Positions 26,201 to 34,531 of a stretch of DNA of 62,785 nt are shown here, piece by piece (positions within the stretch are counted from its first letter, which is position 1; each line of letters opens with the position of its first letter). The translations under genes and the position numbers were made by a program. Under the pieces are notes generated by a model that worked only from the letters and a program-made list of their open reading frames with translations, did no database searches and was not told the DNA's origin. The stretch comes from a virus (taxonomy: Duplodnaviria; Caudoviricetes). Where the stretch lies: IMG/VR virus record IMGVR_UViG_3300035128_000038, positions 1 to 62,785 of that record. The stretch is one strand, 5' to 3'.

Positions 26201-29200
26201 CTTCCCGTCCTCGCTCTGGAACAGGAGAAGGTGGACCGACTTGTCCGGCCAGAGAAGTGCCTGGAGGACCCAATCCAGGAGCAGGTCCGCGTACGGCCCC
26301 ACCAGTTGCAGGTTTTCGGCCCCCCACGCTGCCAGTTGCAGGGGGTAACTCCTCTGGTTGTTGGCGTGGCCTTCCACCTGTAGCAGGTACTTCTTCGCTA
26401 ACTGGCTCATGGGTTCGAGGTTTGACGGATAACGCCGCTCGTCCATTTCTGATTTCCTCCAGCTTGGGTATTTCCTTAAATGCCAGAGCCGGATTTTCGA
26501 CGCGACCGGTAACAATATTCTCTGGATTTATTGTAGGACCTGTTCGATCAATAATCAAGATGCGATTATCAAAAACCGTGCCATATTTCTTGTAACCTTG
26601 GCCAGAAAACGACACATTGGCCTTTACGTCATAGTCCCGCATGATGTCTTTCCACCAATCACGGAACTTGTCGGCATCCAGACCCATGCCCCTTCCGGTG
26701 ATGGCCACCAGGCGACCACCAGGCTCTAATCGCTTGAGAGCCTGTTCGATGTGAACCGCGGCGGTCATAATCTGCTTTTTCCCTGCCATACGTCCGGCGG
26801 TTTGGGAGAAAGGCGGGTTCATCACGACCACAGTGGGCTTCACATCATCCGGCAGGATATTGTTAAGCTGCTCGGCGTTCTCCATGTAATAGTTGTCAAA
26901 GGGCAGGCTCTCCAGGAGTTTGGCCCGTTTGGGATCAAGCTCGTTGACGATAATCTCCCGGGCCCCGGCGTTCTTACCGAACACCGCCAGACCCCCAACC
27001 CCGGCGCTGGGCTCCAGGTAAACGTCGTCGGGTCCCACGTTGGCCAGGCGGTTCGCCAGGAAAGCCAAAGGCGGCGGGGTGGAAAACTGCTGAAAGGTTT
27101 CGGTCTTGCCACCCCGGAGGCGCTCGGTAGGAAGATTATCCAGGATTTCAGTCAGCACCTTATTTGCAACGGCTGGACTATCGCCGGACGGATTCATTAT
27201 CTTGTGCAGGTCCCGGATATACTGATTAACCCCCAACTCCATAGCGTCATAGGCTTCCCGGGAGGTAAAGGCGCCGTCGGCCAGGGTGCCCCCGTAGGCT
27301 TCGGCAGCCTTGGCGAAGAGGTCTTTCTCGGTGATGTTTTCCCCCGACAATAGTTGGCCTTTGACAAAGGAAGCAATGTGCTGGTGGGGGATAGGGACTG
27401 GTTGAATATCTTTTTGCTCTTGAACCCTGGCCTCTTGAACCGCTTCCTCCAACCTGCGCTGTTTAAGTTCAGGATATTGAGCGACCACTTCGGTAGGTAT
27501 AGTCTTACCCTGTGCGGCGGCCTGAAGGACGGCCCGGCGGTGGTAAGCCAGTTTGGCGTCCTCTTCGGTCTTGAAGAAAATATCGCCGGTGTCAGGGTTG
27601 GGAATTTGGAAGTTATCCATGGTGGTGGACAGCACATATCCTAATCCTGGCCGCTCTTCTACTACGGCCTCAATGGCCATATTCCCTTCGTTATCCTCTA
27701 TGACGAGTTTCTCTGTCTCATCAACCTGATCTGTTTCCCACTCTCCCAAGAAATCTCTTTTCCTTATGGTATGCCAGCCCTTTTCAAGCGGCTCTTTGGG
27801 CATTTCAAGCTTTTTTTCAGGTTTCGCCGGCGCCTCTTCCTTCGGAGCGGGCTTTTCTGCTCCAAGTGGCATCTGGCCAGACACTTTTAATTGATATTCA
27901 TCAGTAAGGTTTTTCCATTGAAGATTGGCAATGCTTTGAGTGCCACCTACCATCCGAACCCATTCTCTTCTTGACGATACCGGAGCATCATCCCACATGA
28001 CACCGGCCCGGGCCACACGCAACTTTTGCTTTTCTGACAGGGCATACTCTTTTTCGGGTGGTCTTGTTAAATCAGGGGATTCTATGACGCTTACAACTGG
28101 CTTCTCGGGCGTCGGGGCGGTAGGTTTTTCCTCAAACGCTTCCAAATGCTCAGGCGGTTTGGCCTCGGCAATCTGCTGGCTCAAGGGCTTGGTGTTATAC
28201 TCCTCCAGTCCCGCCTCTTTAGCCATGGCCAAGGGACGAGTACGGGCCCCGGTTCTGCCAGCTTTGCTTACCCAGGCGTTGCGCTTCCGGGACCAGTTAA
28301 AAAACCGCTTGATGCGCCCACGGAGTTCCTCGGGGAGCTTGTTGTATTCTTCCTTGCTCCCGAAATGCAGCTCCACCTTGCCCTTATCGTCGAACTTCCA
28401 GAATTTGATGGGGGCTTCGGCGGGGGCCTCAGTGGGCTTTGGTTCGGGTGCGGCTACTTCCTCACCCATGGCTTTCTCGGTGAGCGAAAAAGATGTCGGA
28501 GGAAACCATTTTGGGCTTCCCTCTAATTGAATGTTCCCTATCCCGCTGACGGCCTGGATTTTCCTTTTGCCCTGCATAAAAGCGGGAACGTCGGCCCCGG
28601 GCTTCGCCATTACCACGTCGCCTACCTTGAACTTGTGGGTTGGAGGGGTCGGGGCAGCTTCAACGGGACCAGCCTTTACGGCCTTGACCAAGACGCCAAT
28701 GTCTTTCCGAACCTGATTTGTGAGGTCAGGATTGCGGGGGTGCAGCATCCAATCTGCGATGCTCTCCTGGAGCTTGACAGCCTGGATCATGGCCCCTTTG
28801 GTGGGGTGATCGGTGGCCTGGGTGGCTTCTATCAGTTTGCCGAGATTTTTTCGATAATCCCGAAGTTTAATCCTATCAACATTAGGAAGTTGCCCTTCTG
28901 TCTGTAAAATGTCAGCATTATTTAACTGATTGAATTTATTGAGCTTGGCCAGCTTCTCGTTGATGTATCCTGGGTCTGGGTAATCTTTTGTCAACTCCCG
29001 AAACACATCGCCGGCCGCCTCGTCGAAATAGCTGGCATTGCCATCCCGAATGGGTATCTTGTGTTCGACCGTGCTATTTTGTAGGTCGAAAAGGTCTTTG
29101 CCTGTCTGAGGCTTGAGGTCCTCCGGCGCCTCTTCCTTGGTGGCCTTTTGAAGTTTCTCCCTCGGCACCTGCTCCACCCGAGCCAAAGGCACCCCGCCAG

Positions 29201-32069
29201 GCTTGGCTATCTGGTCAGTGTAAACCGCAACCGTGTCCTCACCCTGCAACGGCTGAGAATCCACTGTCCCGGTCAGTTTCTCCCCTTTGGCTCCGGTCCA
29301 GGTTACCTTGTCGCCTACCTTGAACGGCTCCTTTGCCGCGGGGGTGGGCTGGGGTTCTTTTAAATCCTCTCCCATCAATTCTTGCGTGGAAAGCCCTAAT
29401 CTCTCTACTTTAGGAGATAGTTCCTCAACTCGACTATTTTCCTCTGGCGTTCTCTCCTTGCGACCCTTTTCAGTAAGTGCTTGATATTCAGCAAGTTCCT
29501 CATGTGTAGCTGGAGCCGCCGCAGCCTCAGACGGCTCCGTTACTGTGCCTGCGCCTGGCAGGTCAGCTTGAGGTTTTATAGGTTGCGCCTCCCCCGCCGC
29601 CGGGGTCGGGCCGGTGCGGTAGATAGGCTTGAGGGTGGGCTTGGGTTTCTTTGCCTCTTCTTTCGCCGCCTTCTCCACCTCCTTCGCCTGCCGCTCCGCT
29701 TCCTTCTGTGCCGCCTTCTCAGCCTCAAGAGCGGCCTTTTCCTGTGCCGCGGCCTCTTGCTCGGCCAGTCCCTTTTGGGCCTCTGCCAGCCGGTCTCCCG
29801 TGGCCAGGGTAAGCCTTTCGGCTAATTCCTGACCCAGGGGTATCTGTTCCATCTGCTGCAGGTCGTCAGGCGTCAAATTGCGGTGAACATCTTCCGGTCT
29901 GACCTTGCCGATTTGCTCCGGATGCAATCGAAAATAAACCTTGGCCAGGTCCCCCTGAAACTCTTTGGCCTGTTTGTTGTCCCGGGCGATGGCTTCAATG
30001 CCCTCGGGCGACACTACCCAATCCATGCCCTTGGCAGCGAGGAAGTCCTCGGCCAGGGCTGCGGGGTTCTCTGCGGGTCCGGTTTCACCCAGGAATACCT
30101 GGAAGTCGTTTTCCGGTTTTATTTGGGGAGTTGCGCCGGGGGCTTCCGGTTGCGGAGTAGGTTCGGGGCCGGGAGGGGCAGTAGGTCCGGCTTCGGGTGA
30201 TTCCTCGGGAGGCCTTATCTCCGGCCCCCCAAATCCCTTGGCTTGCTGTTCTTTAAACCAAGCCTCAACTTCTTTTGGAGACATATCGCCAAACTTACCA
30301 AGCATATCCTGTGCTGTGGCTGCCTGACGGATAAAAGGATTTTTAGCTAATTTGCGAATTTCATTGGTGCGGTCAGCAAGCCTTAATCTTTCAACTGTTT
30401 CAAAGGCCTCCTCAAAACTCTGAGGATTCATATTGATTTCTGCTTTGCCGGCCGCTTCTTCTGCCGCCAATCTTTCCTTCATCCTGGCATTAGCTTTGGT
30501 CCCAGGACGGTAAGGACTTCTGAGCCATTTAAGATAGTTGACTCCCGCAACAAGACCTTCGACCCCGGCATGGAGTCCCATAAAGAGAGCTGCATCCTCA
30601 GCGCCAGACTTGAGCATTTGTTTCCAAGTCTGATTGTTTATTCTACCCGTCCCTACGGCTGTCCCTGCTTCTCTAGCAGCACCAAAGCCAAAACCAGTTA
30701 AACCAGATGCACCAACGCGCCCAGAAAACCTCGTCAAAATTTGAGGAACCAGTCTTTTGGTTGCTTCGTCAAAGACATATCCCCCAACCTCTCCAATAGT
30801 TGCCCGGGTCACGCCGCCTATGCCGACAATGGGTGCAGCCATGCCTGCGAACTCGCCGGCTTGCTCGGCTATTTGAAGGCCTTCGTCATATTCCGGGGGG
30901 ATGGTGTATTGTCCTTCATGGTAAGGAAGGTTCTGAAAGTCCTTTACTGATAGATTATGTTTTTTCAGTAACTTATTATATGATTTAACCCTTTGGTTAT
31001 GCTGTTGTCTTATTTCGTTATACTGTCTCACCAGGGCATTATGCTGGTCAATTAATTCCTGAGAATACGGATTGGCTTCTATTTTTTGCTTTAACTGGAC
31101 TATTTGGTTCTCAATATTGGTTAATGCTCCCTGAGATTCATTTAAAATATTGGTTAGCCCACCCAGCTCCTCCTTTGATTTTGTGAGGGAGGTTATTAGT
31201 CCCTGACGTTTCTGCTGTATTTTACGACCTTTTTCGGTAATTCCGGTTAATGGTCCTTGGGTGGGGGCTTGCGGTTCAGGCTGATAAAGCCCCAGGGTGG
31301 CACCCCGAACTGCCCCTTTGGCAAATCTATCTCCGACCTTTTCGGCCTGGGCTATCTCTTCCTCGGTAAGGGGTTCGCCATGAACCGCCGCGGCTCCCTC
31401 GACCACAGCACCTAAGCCCTTACCGGCCTGTTCCGTGGCAACGTCAATGCCTTTCTTTACCTTTTGCCAGCCTTGGGTCAGACCCTCTACGTCGGTTTCA
31501 AAGGGGGCTGCTATGTCATAGGTGCCCTGGCGTTCATACTGTTCTCCTGGGTCATCAATCTCGGTCACTTCAAGGAACTGTTGTTCCGGTTCAGGTCCCA
31601 GGCCCTGGAGTTTCTGTCTGGCCCAGGACAGGTGCCTGGCTACGTTGCGGTCGTAATGCGGATCGCTGCCGCCGTTGTAGGCCATGAGGGCCTTGCGGTA
31701 ATTGTTGCCATGTTCTTTCAGGAGATCCCGGAAGTGGGCGGCCCCGGCGTCCAGAGATTTATCAGGATCGTAGCGGTCCTGGTTGTTACGGATACCGTAA
31801 GCCTTGCCGGTGGCCAGGGTCATTTGCGACAAACCGATAACGCCGGTGAGGCTCTTGGCGTCAGGATTGAACTGGCTTTCCTGTTTCACCAGGGAGACGT
31901 AAAGGTCTTCCGGCACCCCATATTTCCGGGCGTAGGACGCAGCCTTCCTCACCAGTCCATCCTCGTCAACTATGGGCTTGACCTTGAGCGGCTTGGCCGG
32001 CTTGACGGTGCTCCCGCCTCCCCCAGCCTCAGGATCGTCAATCTCGGTCACTTCCAAAAAATCAGGCAT
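20214..32069 (-). CDS. 3951-aa polyvalent virion/ejection protein: lytic transglycosylase, N6-adenine DNA methyltransferase, strawberry-notch SF2 helicase, large C-terminal domain (DarB-like)
   Basis: QESQFNP/GLSQM/AYNGG; QFSTP, LEPSAGVGGL, NPPF; GDGTGVGKGRE, FDECH, SATGA, QGLGRSHRSGQ. Confidence 0.9.
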   Translation of the reverse strand: MPDFLEVTEIDDPEAGGGGSTVKPAKPLKVKPIVDEDGLVRKAASYARKYGVPEDLYVSLVKQESQFNPDAKSLTGVIGLSQMTLATGKAYGIRNNQDRYDPDKSLDAGAAHFRDLLKEHGNNYRKALMAYNGGSDPHYDRNVARHLSWARQKLQGLGPEPEQQFLEVTEIDDPGEQYERQGTYDIAAPFETDVEGLTQGWQKVKKGIDVATEQAGKGLGAVVEGAAAVHGEPLTEEEIAQAEKVGDRFAKGAVRGATLGLYQPEPQAPTQGPLTGITEKGRKIQQKRQGLITSLTKSKEELGGLTNILNESQGALTNIENQIVQLKQKIEANPYSQELIDQHNALVRQYNEIRQQHNQRVKSYNKLLKKHNLSVKDFQNLPYHEGQYTIPPEYDEGLQIAEQAGEFAGMAAPIVGIGGVTRATIGEVGGYVFDEATKRLVPQILTRFSGRVGASGLTGFGFGAAREAGTAVGTGRINNQTWKQMLKSGAEDAALFMGLHAGVEGLVAGVNYLKWLRSPYRPGTKANARMKERLAAEEAAGKAEINMNPQSFEEAFETVERLRLADRTNEIRKLAKNPFIRQAATAQDMLGKFGDMSPKEVEAWFKEQQAKGFGGPEIRPPEESPEAGPTAPPGPEPTPQPEAPGATPQIKPENDFQVFLGETGPAENPAALAEDFLAAKGMDWVVSPEGIEAIARDNKQAKEFQGDLAKVYFRLHPEQIGKVRPEDVHRNLTPDDLQQMEQIPLGQELAERLTLATGDRLAEAQKGLAEQEAAAQEKAALEAEKAAQKEAERQAKEVEKAAKEEAKKPKPTLKPIYRTGPTPAAGEAQPIKPQADLPGAGTVTEPSEAAAAPATHEELAEYQALTEKGRKERTPEENSRVEELSPKVERLGLSTQELMGEDLKEPQPTPAAKEPFKVGDKVTWTGAKGEKLTGTVDSQPLQGEDTVAVYTDQIAKPGGVPLARVEQVPREKLQKATKEEAPEDLKPQTGKDLFDLQNSTVEHKIPIRDGNASYFDEAAGDVFRELTKDYPDPGYINEKLAKLNKFNQLNNADILQTEGQLPNVDRIKLRDYRKNLGKLIEATQATDHPTKGAMIQAVKLQESIADWMLHPRNPDLTNQVRKDIGVLVKAVKAGPVEAAPTPPTHKFKVGDVVMAKPGADVPAFMQGKRKIQAVSGIGNIQLEGSPKWFPPTSFSLTEKAMGEEVAAPEPKPTEAPAEAPIKFWKFDDKGKVELHFGSKEEYNKLPEELRGRIKRFFNWSRKRNAWVSKAGRTGARTRPLAMAKEAGLEEYNTKPLSQQIAEAKPPEHLEAFEEKPTAPTPEKPVVSVIESPDLTRPPEKEYALSEKQKLRVARAGVMWDDAPVSSRREWVRMVGGTQSIANLQWKNLTDEYQLKVSGQMPLGAEKPAPKEEAPAKPEKKLEMPKEPLEKGWHTIRKRDFLGEWETDQVDETEKLVIEDNEGNMAIEAVVEERPGLGYVLSTTMDNFQIPNPDTGDIFFKTEEDAKLAYHRRAVLQAAAQGKTIPTEVVAQYPELKQRRLEEAVQEARVQEQKDIQPVPIPHQHIASFVKGQLLSGENITEKDLFAKAAEAYGGTLADGAFTSREAYDAMELGVNQYIRDLHKIMNPSGDSPAVANKVLTEILDNLPTERLRGGKTETFQQFSTPPPLAFLANRLANVGPDDVYLEPSAGVGGLAVFGKNAGAREIIVNELDPKRAKLLESLPFDNYYMENAEQLNNILPDDVKPTVVVMNPPFSQTAGRMAGKKQIMTAAVHIEQALKRLEPGGRLVAITGRGMGLDADKFRDWWKDIMRDYDVKANVSFSGQGYKKYGTVFDNRILIIDRTGPTINPENIVTGRVENPALAFKEIPKLEEIRNGRAALSVKPRTHEPVSEEVPATGGRPRQQPEELPPATGSVGGRKPATGGAVRGPAPGLGPPGTSLAGQVGPPSPVPERGREGVEVLAPKPVQEPRISGPGDIGTSAGPADIGKEDAVDYIQDKEISQAQPQKKEFTDEIFEEYQAPITIKGAKKHPTPLVESSAMSAVEAPPTKYFPKLPQKIITSGALSRPQLLAVIQAGAAHNETFTHVAVSEEGDRQESQVRRGYFIGDGTGVGKGREIAAVIWDNWNRGRKKAVWVSASNDLFKDAQRDAKDIGFDPKKIFSVASVKSGSPLQATNGVAFLSYDTLKAQGKDKDNILNRRLDQLVSWLGKDFDGVIAFDECHKMGNLLEVRDNFGVKKPSQRAITGWELRKALPNARVLYVSATGATEITNLAYLDRLGLWGQGRVFNSIDQFVNEISAGGIAGMEIVANHLKAEGSYQARQLAYRVPGNDKLTVTYERLEHQLTEKQTKTYDALSKAWQLVMHNMEEALQLTGNVKGRDRAAKMSQFWGAELRFYDQVLGSLQVPSIIAHMEKALEEGNTCLVQFYNTYEAQQNREIERMEKGQTLDDLDLTPRQNLIEYVKNGFPVQQYETYIDENGNTQIRAVEDSQGNSVLNKEAVAMRDALIQKLEILAVPESPIDQIINHFGPERVAEVTGRKRRVVLKYDEEAGTMKKKEEKRSGRMGLKETDEFLDGKRDIILFNDKGGTGRSFHADPATKSGIKRRYHYVLQPGWRADNALQGLGRSHRSGQDSAPHVVLCCTNLHGHKRFISTIARRLDQLGALTRGHRKAGSGALFNARDNLENTQANAAMRKFWEALARNRLSDRGIYLNDFQDMTGLKLVDPKTGSLKSQLPPIRQFLNRMLVLTTDVQNNVFDTFSEFLEQEIQQAIEAGTLDVGMETMRADSIQKAAEEVVWEDPKSGNQAKYIALDETNPTNRVIWDEAQRNFKAFFINKTSGKVWAAKPPKTITNARSGELYQVRNLVSPARTEQNVRVDTLDDKEKWEKVDSMAAQPLWVQQFDEAPKAITRRRHLISGAILSVWDKMRGTHPRIMRVKTDDGEVFLGRLIPDSKLDAVLKKMGANLKVEQLSPQETMAAVMEQNNVVRLTNGNELKVSKVAGEPRLEIDKIDFWDYEKLKKYGVFIEKIQHKYRYFVPLNRAEEVLESLFKDAKIAAIVPRGVKMTEYEASLAPEVDDEDMDAIKEFYAGYPIGPQITNLLRKLKKMGAAYFADLPDKDISLLTKYADLPYWRAQSSGHWDTYRVQEVREENRHMGIEQYMSEVEPAINWYAQAPPEMQEKWKEAIWHMDKINKHLPDKDLLQMGLDKDAINNIRLFKRIFDVIQDEDLENLMRELGQPAAEINKLRRQRGKRKFWWPRPRQGKYFVEAWEDTWNPDGTKGKRKMVWFELFDDIFATMTGKSARAQQRIKKLRKRFPDLPAENFRWGEMKYLPEDIFFNTNPIQEEAIIRAAVQRMELPEDVAYEQLTKEILKSVADVYKARGLARHWKKRKDVPGYDKRDPLGAALVYIRGYIGFKTKALASREFHKSLRKLDMRTREADYWRKYVADMLANQEKMDIIADKTRGLLFLYFLGGVARQVLLQPTQNYIAGVPMLQQVSKWSSVKITNVMRQAAQDRLRALAGKKKKFVSEEEDWMLDSFRKRGIIEDQLAREYEGQLASVFGKAGQKLANAAKFFIGNAEIFNRETTAITAHRIGKELGMDHVEAMKLAERVIKNAHFVYGKGNLPPWARGGEAAKIARAGYTFRSYNYNLYRLYWQMGKTSRGRRGIMKGLLAFLMLGGLASLPLYKDIEEWIQRRTGVNLSTEAKKKLGPFYEYLRYGMPAALGIDLSGSMGIETIRWEGQGLPEKIGNFTLDMIGAPGELVRIPYRVSQDVAKGDYYRALEDLVPSVFKAPLKAYRMATEGMTTRRGKPILDAEGKPIKLSLPQAIVKGLTFRTTKEAESRRQYEAQRTDMEINEERQRLIDSWRIAAQRHGPESNWAKKAFKNIRDFNLRLRRDKINWIPPITSKTLRERRPAKRKMILKRRHGGQSTPPIQAPRRGIINLKLIPIKP
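26093..26446 (-). CDS. 117-aa gene nested in an alternative frame of the giant ORF
   Basis: GGAGG 9 nt before ATG 26446; globular-looking sequence overlapping the Pro/Gly-rich linker of the host frame. Confidence 0.55.
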   Translation of the reverse strand: MDERRYPSNLEPMSQLAKKYLLQVEGHANNQRSYPLQLAAWGAENLQLVGPYADLLLDWVLQALLWPDKSVHLLLFQSEDGKELRSWRLSQFKSPESLALEILGQVQDRLTSAKKMP

Positions 32070-32072
32070 AGG

Positions 32073-33125
32073 CTATTTCCTGGGCAACGGTGCCCTGAAC
32101 TTGGTGCCGTCAGGTTTTATTACGAGGAGATGGGTGTCTCGGTTAAATATTTTGGTGCCGTCTTTTGTCTGGTATCCCTTGCCCTTGGGCGGAATGTTGG
32201 GGAGCACTCCCACCCCAGGAATATTGAATCCGGTCGTCTGTTGTCCTGGCATTTGCCCTTTCTTGTATTTCGTGGTAGTCGAGGTCTTGGTTGATACACC
32301 AAAACCGGGAACGTCCTCGCTTGAAACCGTCTGAGAAACAACGCCGGTTTTATCATCTTTGGGGGCTGGCATCCTCCGGCCACCTTTTTTCTCGGTGCCT
32401 ACCTGTAGTCCGGGGTAAACTTCGTCATAAACCGGGACCTCCCGGTTGGCCTCGGTCTCCTGGCGGCCCCGAATATTGGTGTCTCTTAAATTCTCAAGTG
32501 CGACACGGTTGCCCTGTCTAGCACCCTCAAGAACCATCGGGTCTGTGTACGGCCTGACCACCGTGGGAATACCAGGAACCGGGATCATTTCGTTGGTATC
32601 CTGACGATAGATAAACCTGGGCTGGTTTTCTTTGGGCTGCATCATAACCTTGGACAGGCCGGTAGCATCATATTTCTTCATACCACTCGGGCCCAATACG
32701 CCTACCATATTCTTAGCCGCCGGAATATACGCTCCTCCCGCCGGCAGGCTGGCCACCCCGCGCCGGTGAGCCTGTTCCTGAGCCATGGCCTGAGGGGTGC
32801 CGGGGCTGGTTCTGCCTCCCTGTGCTTGACCAGGGAACTGCGCCTGTACGGCCGCTTCCCCTGCCGCGGTCTGAACCTCCGGAGTAACCTGCCTGGCTAT
32901 CCCCTGCTTTCCCAGGATGTTCCAGAATTTCCCTGTGCCCCCCACTGGCTGGCCCGGCTGCATTTCCCGGGACGCCTGGGCAATCTTAATGGCGGTGTCC
33001 AGGTCTTTGGCTTCCCGGGTCTGCTGACGCCCTTTCATCCCGCCGACAAAGTTGGCGATGCCCAGGGCAGTATTGACGCCCAGTAAGATGTTATCCAAAA
33101 TGCCTCTGCGTCGATAGTAAGGCAT
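32073..33125 (-). CDS. Putative internal virion/ejection protein
   Basis: Gly/Gln/Pro-rich; position upstream of the transglycosylase giant. Confidence 0.6.
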   Translation of the reverse strand: MPYYRRRGILDNILLGVNTALGIANFVGGMKGRQQTREAKDLDTAIKIAQASREMQPGQPVGGTGKFWNILGKQGIARQVTPEVQTAAGEAAVQAQFPGQAQGGRTSPGTPQAMAQEQAHRRGVASLPAGGAYIPAAKNMVGVLGPSGMKKYDATGLSKVMMQPKENQPRFIYRQDTNEMIPVPGIPTVVRPYTDPMVLEGARQGNRVALENLRDTNIRGRQETEANREVPVYDEVYPGLQVGTEKKGGRRMPAPKDDKTGVVSQTVSSEDVPGFGVSTKTSTTTKYKKGQMPGQQTTGFNIPGVGVLPNIPPKGKGYQTKDGTKIFNRDTHLLVIKPDGTKFRAPLPRK

Positions 33126-33127
33126 AA

Positions 33128-33502
33128 TCAGCTACCTCCCATGAATTCCGTGGGCGAAGCAGGAGTCATCGTCGGGGAACCCTGGGCGTTGTATGTCTGG
33201 ATGGAATTCTTCCGCACCCCCGGGATGGTGAGGGGGTTTCCCTCCTGAGAGTATCCCGTGCTGGCTCCCATGTCCACTGGAGTTTTCAGTCCTTCCAGGG
33301 CCTTGTTGACTCCCCCGCCGACTGCCTGCTGGACTCCGGCGGTAACTCCCCCGGCCACGCCGCCCTTGACACCCCCCTGGCTGGCTCCCGAAGTAACTCC
33401 ACCGGCCACTGAAAGGGGAACGCCGACCATAGGCAGACCGGCCATGCTCAGACCCGCACCGCCGATTTGCGCCAACTTTCCAAGGGTAGAGAAAATGGCC
33501 AT
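33128..33502 (-). CDS. Gly-rich putative ejection protein
   Basis: Glycine-zipper-like hydrophobic N-half. Confidence 0.6.
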   Translation of the reverse strand: MAIFSTLGKLAQIGGAGLSMAGLPMVGVPLSVAGGVTSGASQGGVKGGVAGGVTAGVQQAVGGGVNKALEGLKTPVDMGASTGYSQEGNPLTIPGVRKNSIQTYNAQGSPTMTPASPTEFMGGS

Positions 33503-34050
33503 TATGTCCCTCCCCCGCCGCCGGAAGTCTCCGTGGTGCCTCCTGACGTAACCGGCGCCCTCGGGATGCTCAGATATTTGGCCAGGGTGTCAAGGTTCTG
33601 CTGTTTCTTGTTGATGTCCAGCCCCTCAAGGTTTGACAAGCTGGAGACTCGGCTTTTCAGGCCCTCCCGTTCCACGTTGGAGAAGGCTTCCGCCGCAGCT
33701 CCCCCGGTCACCCCCGACCTGGCCAGGTTGCCTCGTAATGACTCCTTGGCCCCTGCGGTCTGGCCAGCCGTCCGGGAAAGAATTTGCCCCGTGTAATACT
33801 GCTTTTCCTGGGGAGAAAGCCCTTCCTCATTCTGCGCTTTCCAGTAGAGCTTGGGGAGAATTTCGGAGTAATAGTAGCCGGTGCGGGGCGGGACATACTC
33901 TTGCCAGGGCTTGAAATTGTATTGAGTGGTAGAACTTTGGCTGCCGCCTCCGGGATCGCACAGAGCAACCGGCCCCTTGTACTCATGGAAGTGCTCTTCG
34001 AGGACCTCCCCCGTTGCCATGTCCAGAACTGTTTTGGTGTAGATTTTCAT
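33502..34050 (-). CDS. Putative ejection/pilot protein (start ATG 34050)
   Basis: MKIYTK...GEVLEE...EYKGPVALC..GGG leader and LARSGVTGG motif of podovirus injection proteins. Confidence 0.65.
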   Translation of the reverse strand: MKIYTKTVLDMATGEVLEEHFHEYKGPVALCDPGGGSQSSTTQYNFKPWQEYVPPRTGYYYSEILPKLYWKAQNEEGLSPQEKQYYTGQILSRTAGQTAGAKESLRGNLARSGVTGGAAAEAFSNVEREGLKSRVSSLSNLEGLDINKKQQNLDTLAKYLSIPRAPVTSGGTTETSGGGGGT

Positions 34051-34519
34051 AGTCGGCCTCGTCGAAGGGGCGAAAGTAAATATGCCAGACCTTCTTGCGC
34101 CCTTCGTGTTCAAACATTTTCTCGGCAAACTCGTTGCCGGGGGTAGAGTAATTTCCGGTCCCCTGAGCCCCCCTTTCCATGGCCCATAATTCAAACTGGC
34201 GGGCTAAATGGCGGGTATGCAAACCGAGGGGAAATGTTGCCATGACTTCGGCCCACAGGTCATATTCAAAGAAGGGATAATACTGAATTAGCCGCCCGAT
34301 AAGGAAAGCGTCAGCGTCTCCCTTGGCATCTTCTTTGACCAGCACCAGATGATTCTCGTCGTAAAAAACCCCGTTCAGATAGCCCGATACGGCGTTTTCG
34401 TACTTAAAGCGGTCCCTGGCGTAAAGCGTCTGGCCGCAATCCTCAAGGTAGGCCACCAACTTATGATACATCTCCTCAATTTTGCGCAGGTCCCTGGGTT
34501 CGGCTGGTCTTATCTTCAT
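33983..34519 (-). CDS. GNAT acetyltransferase-like virion-associated protein
   Basis: MKIRPAEPRDL...FELWAMERGA...N..AEKMFEHEG. Confidence 0.7.
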   Translation of the reverse strand: MKIRPAEPRDLRKIEEMYHKLVAYLEDCGQTLYARDRFKYENAVSGYLNGVFYDENHLVLVKEDAKGDADAFLIGRLIQYYPFFEYDLWAEVMATFPLGLHTRHLARQFELWAMERGAQGTGNYSTPGNEFAEKMFEHEGRKKVWHIYFRPFDEADYENLHQNSSGHGNGGGPRRALP

Positions 34520-34531
34520 TCCATTCCTTTC

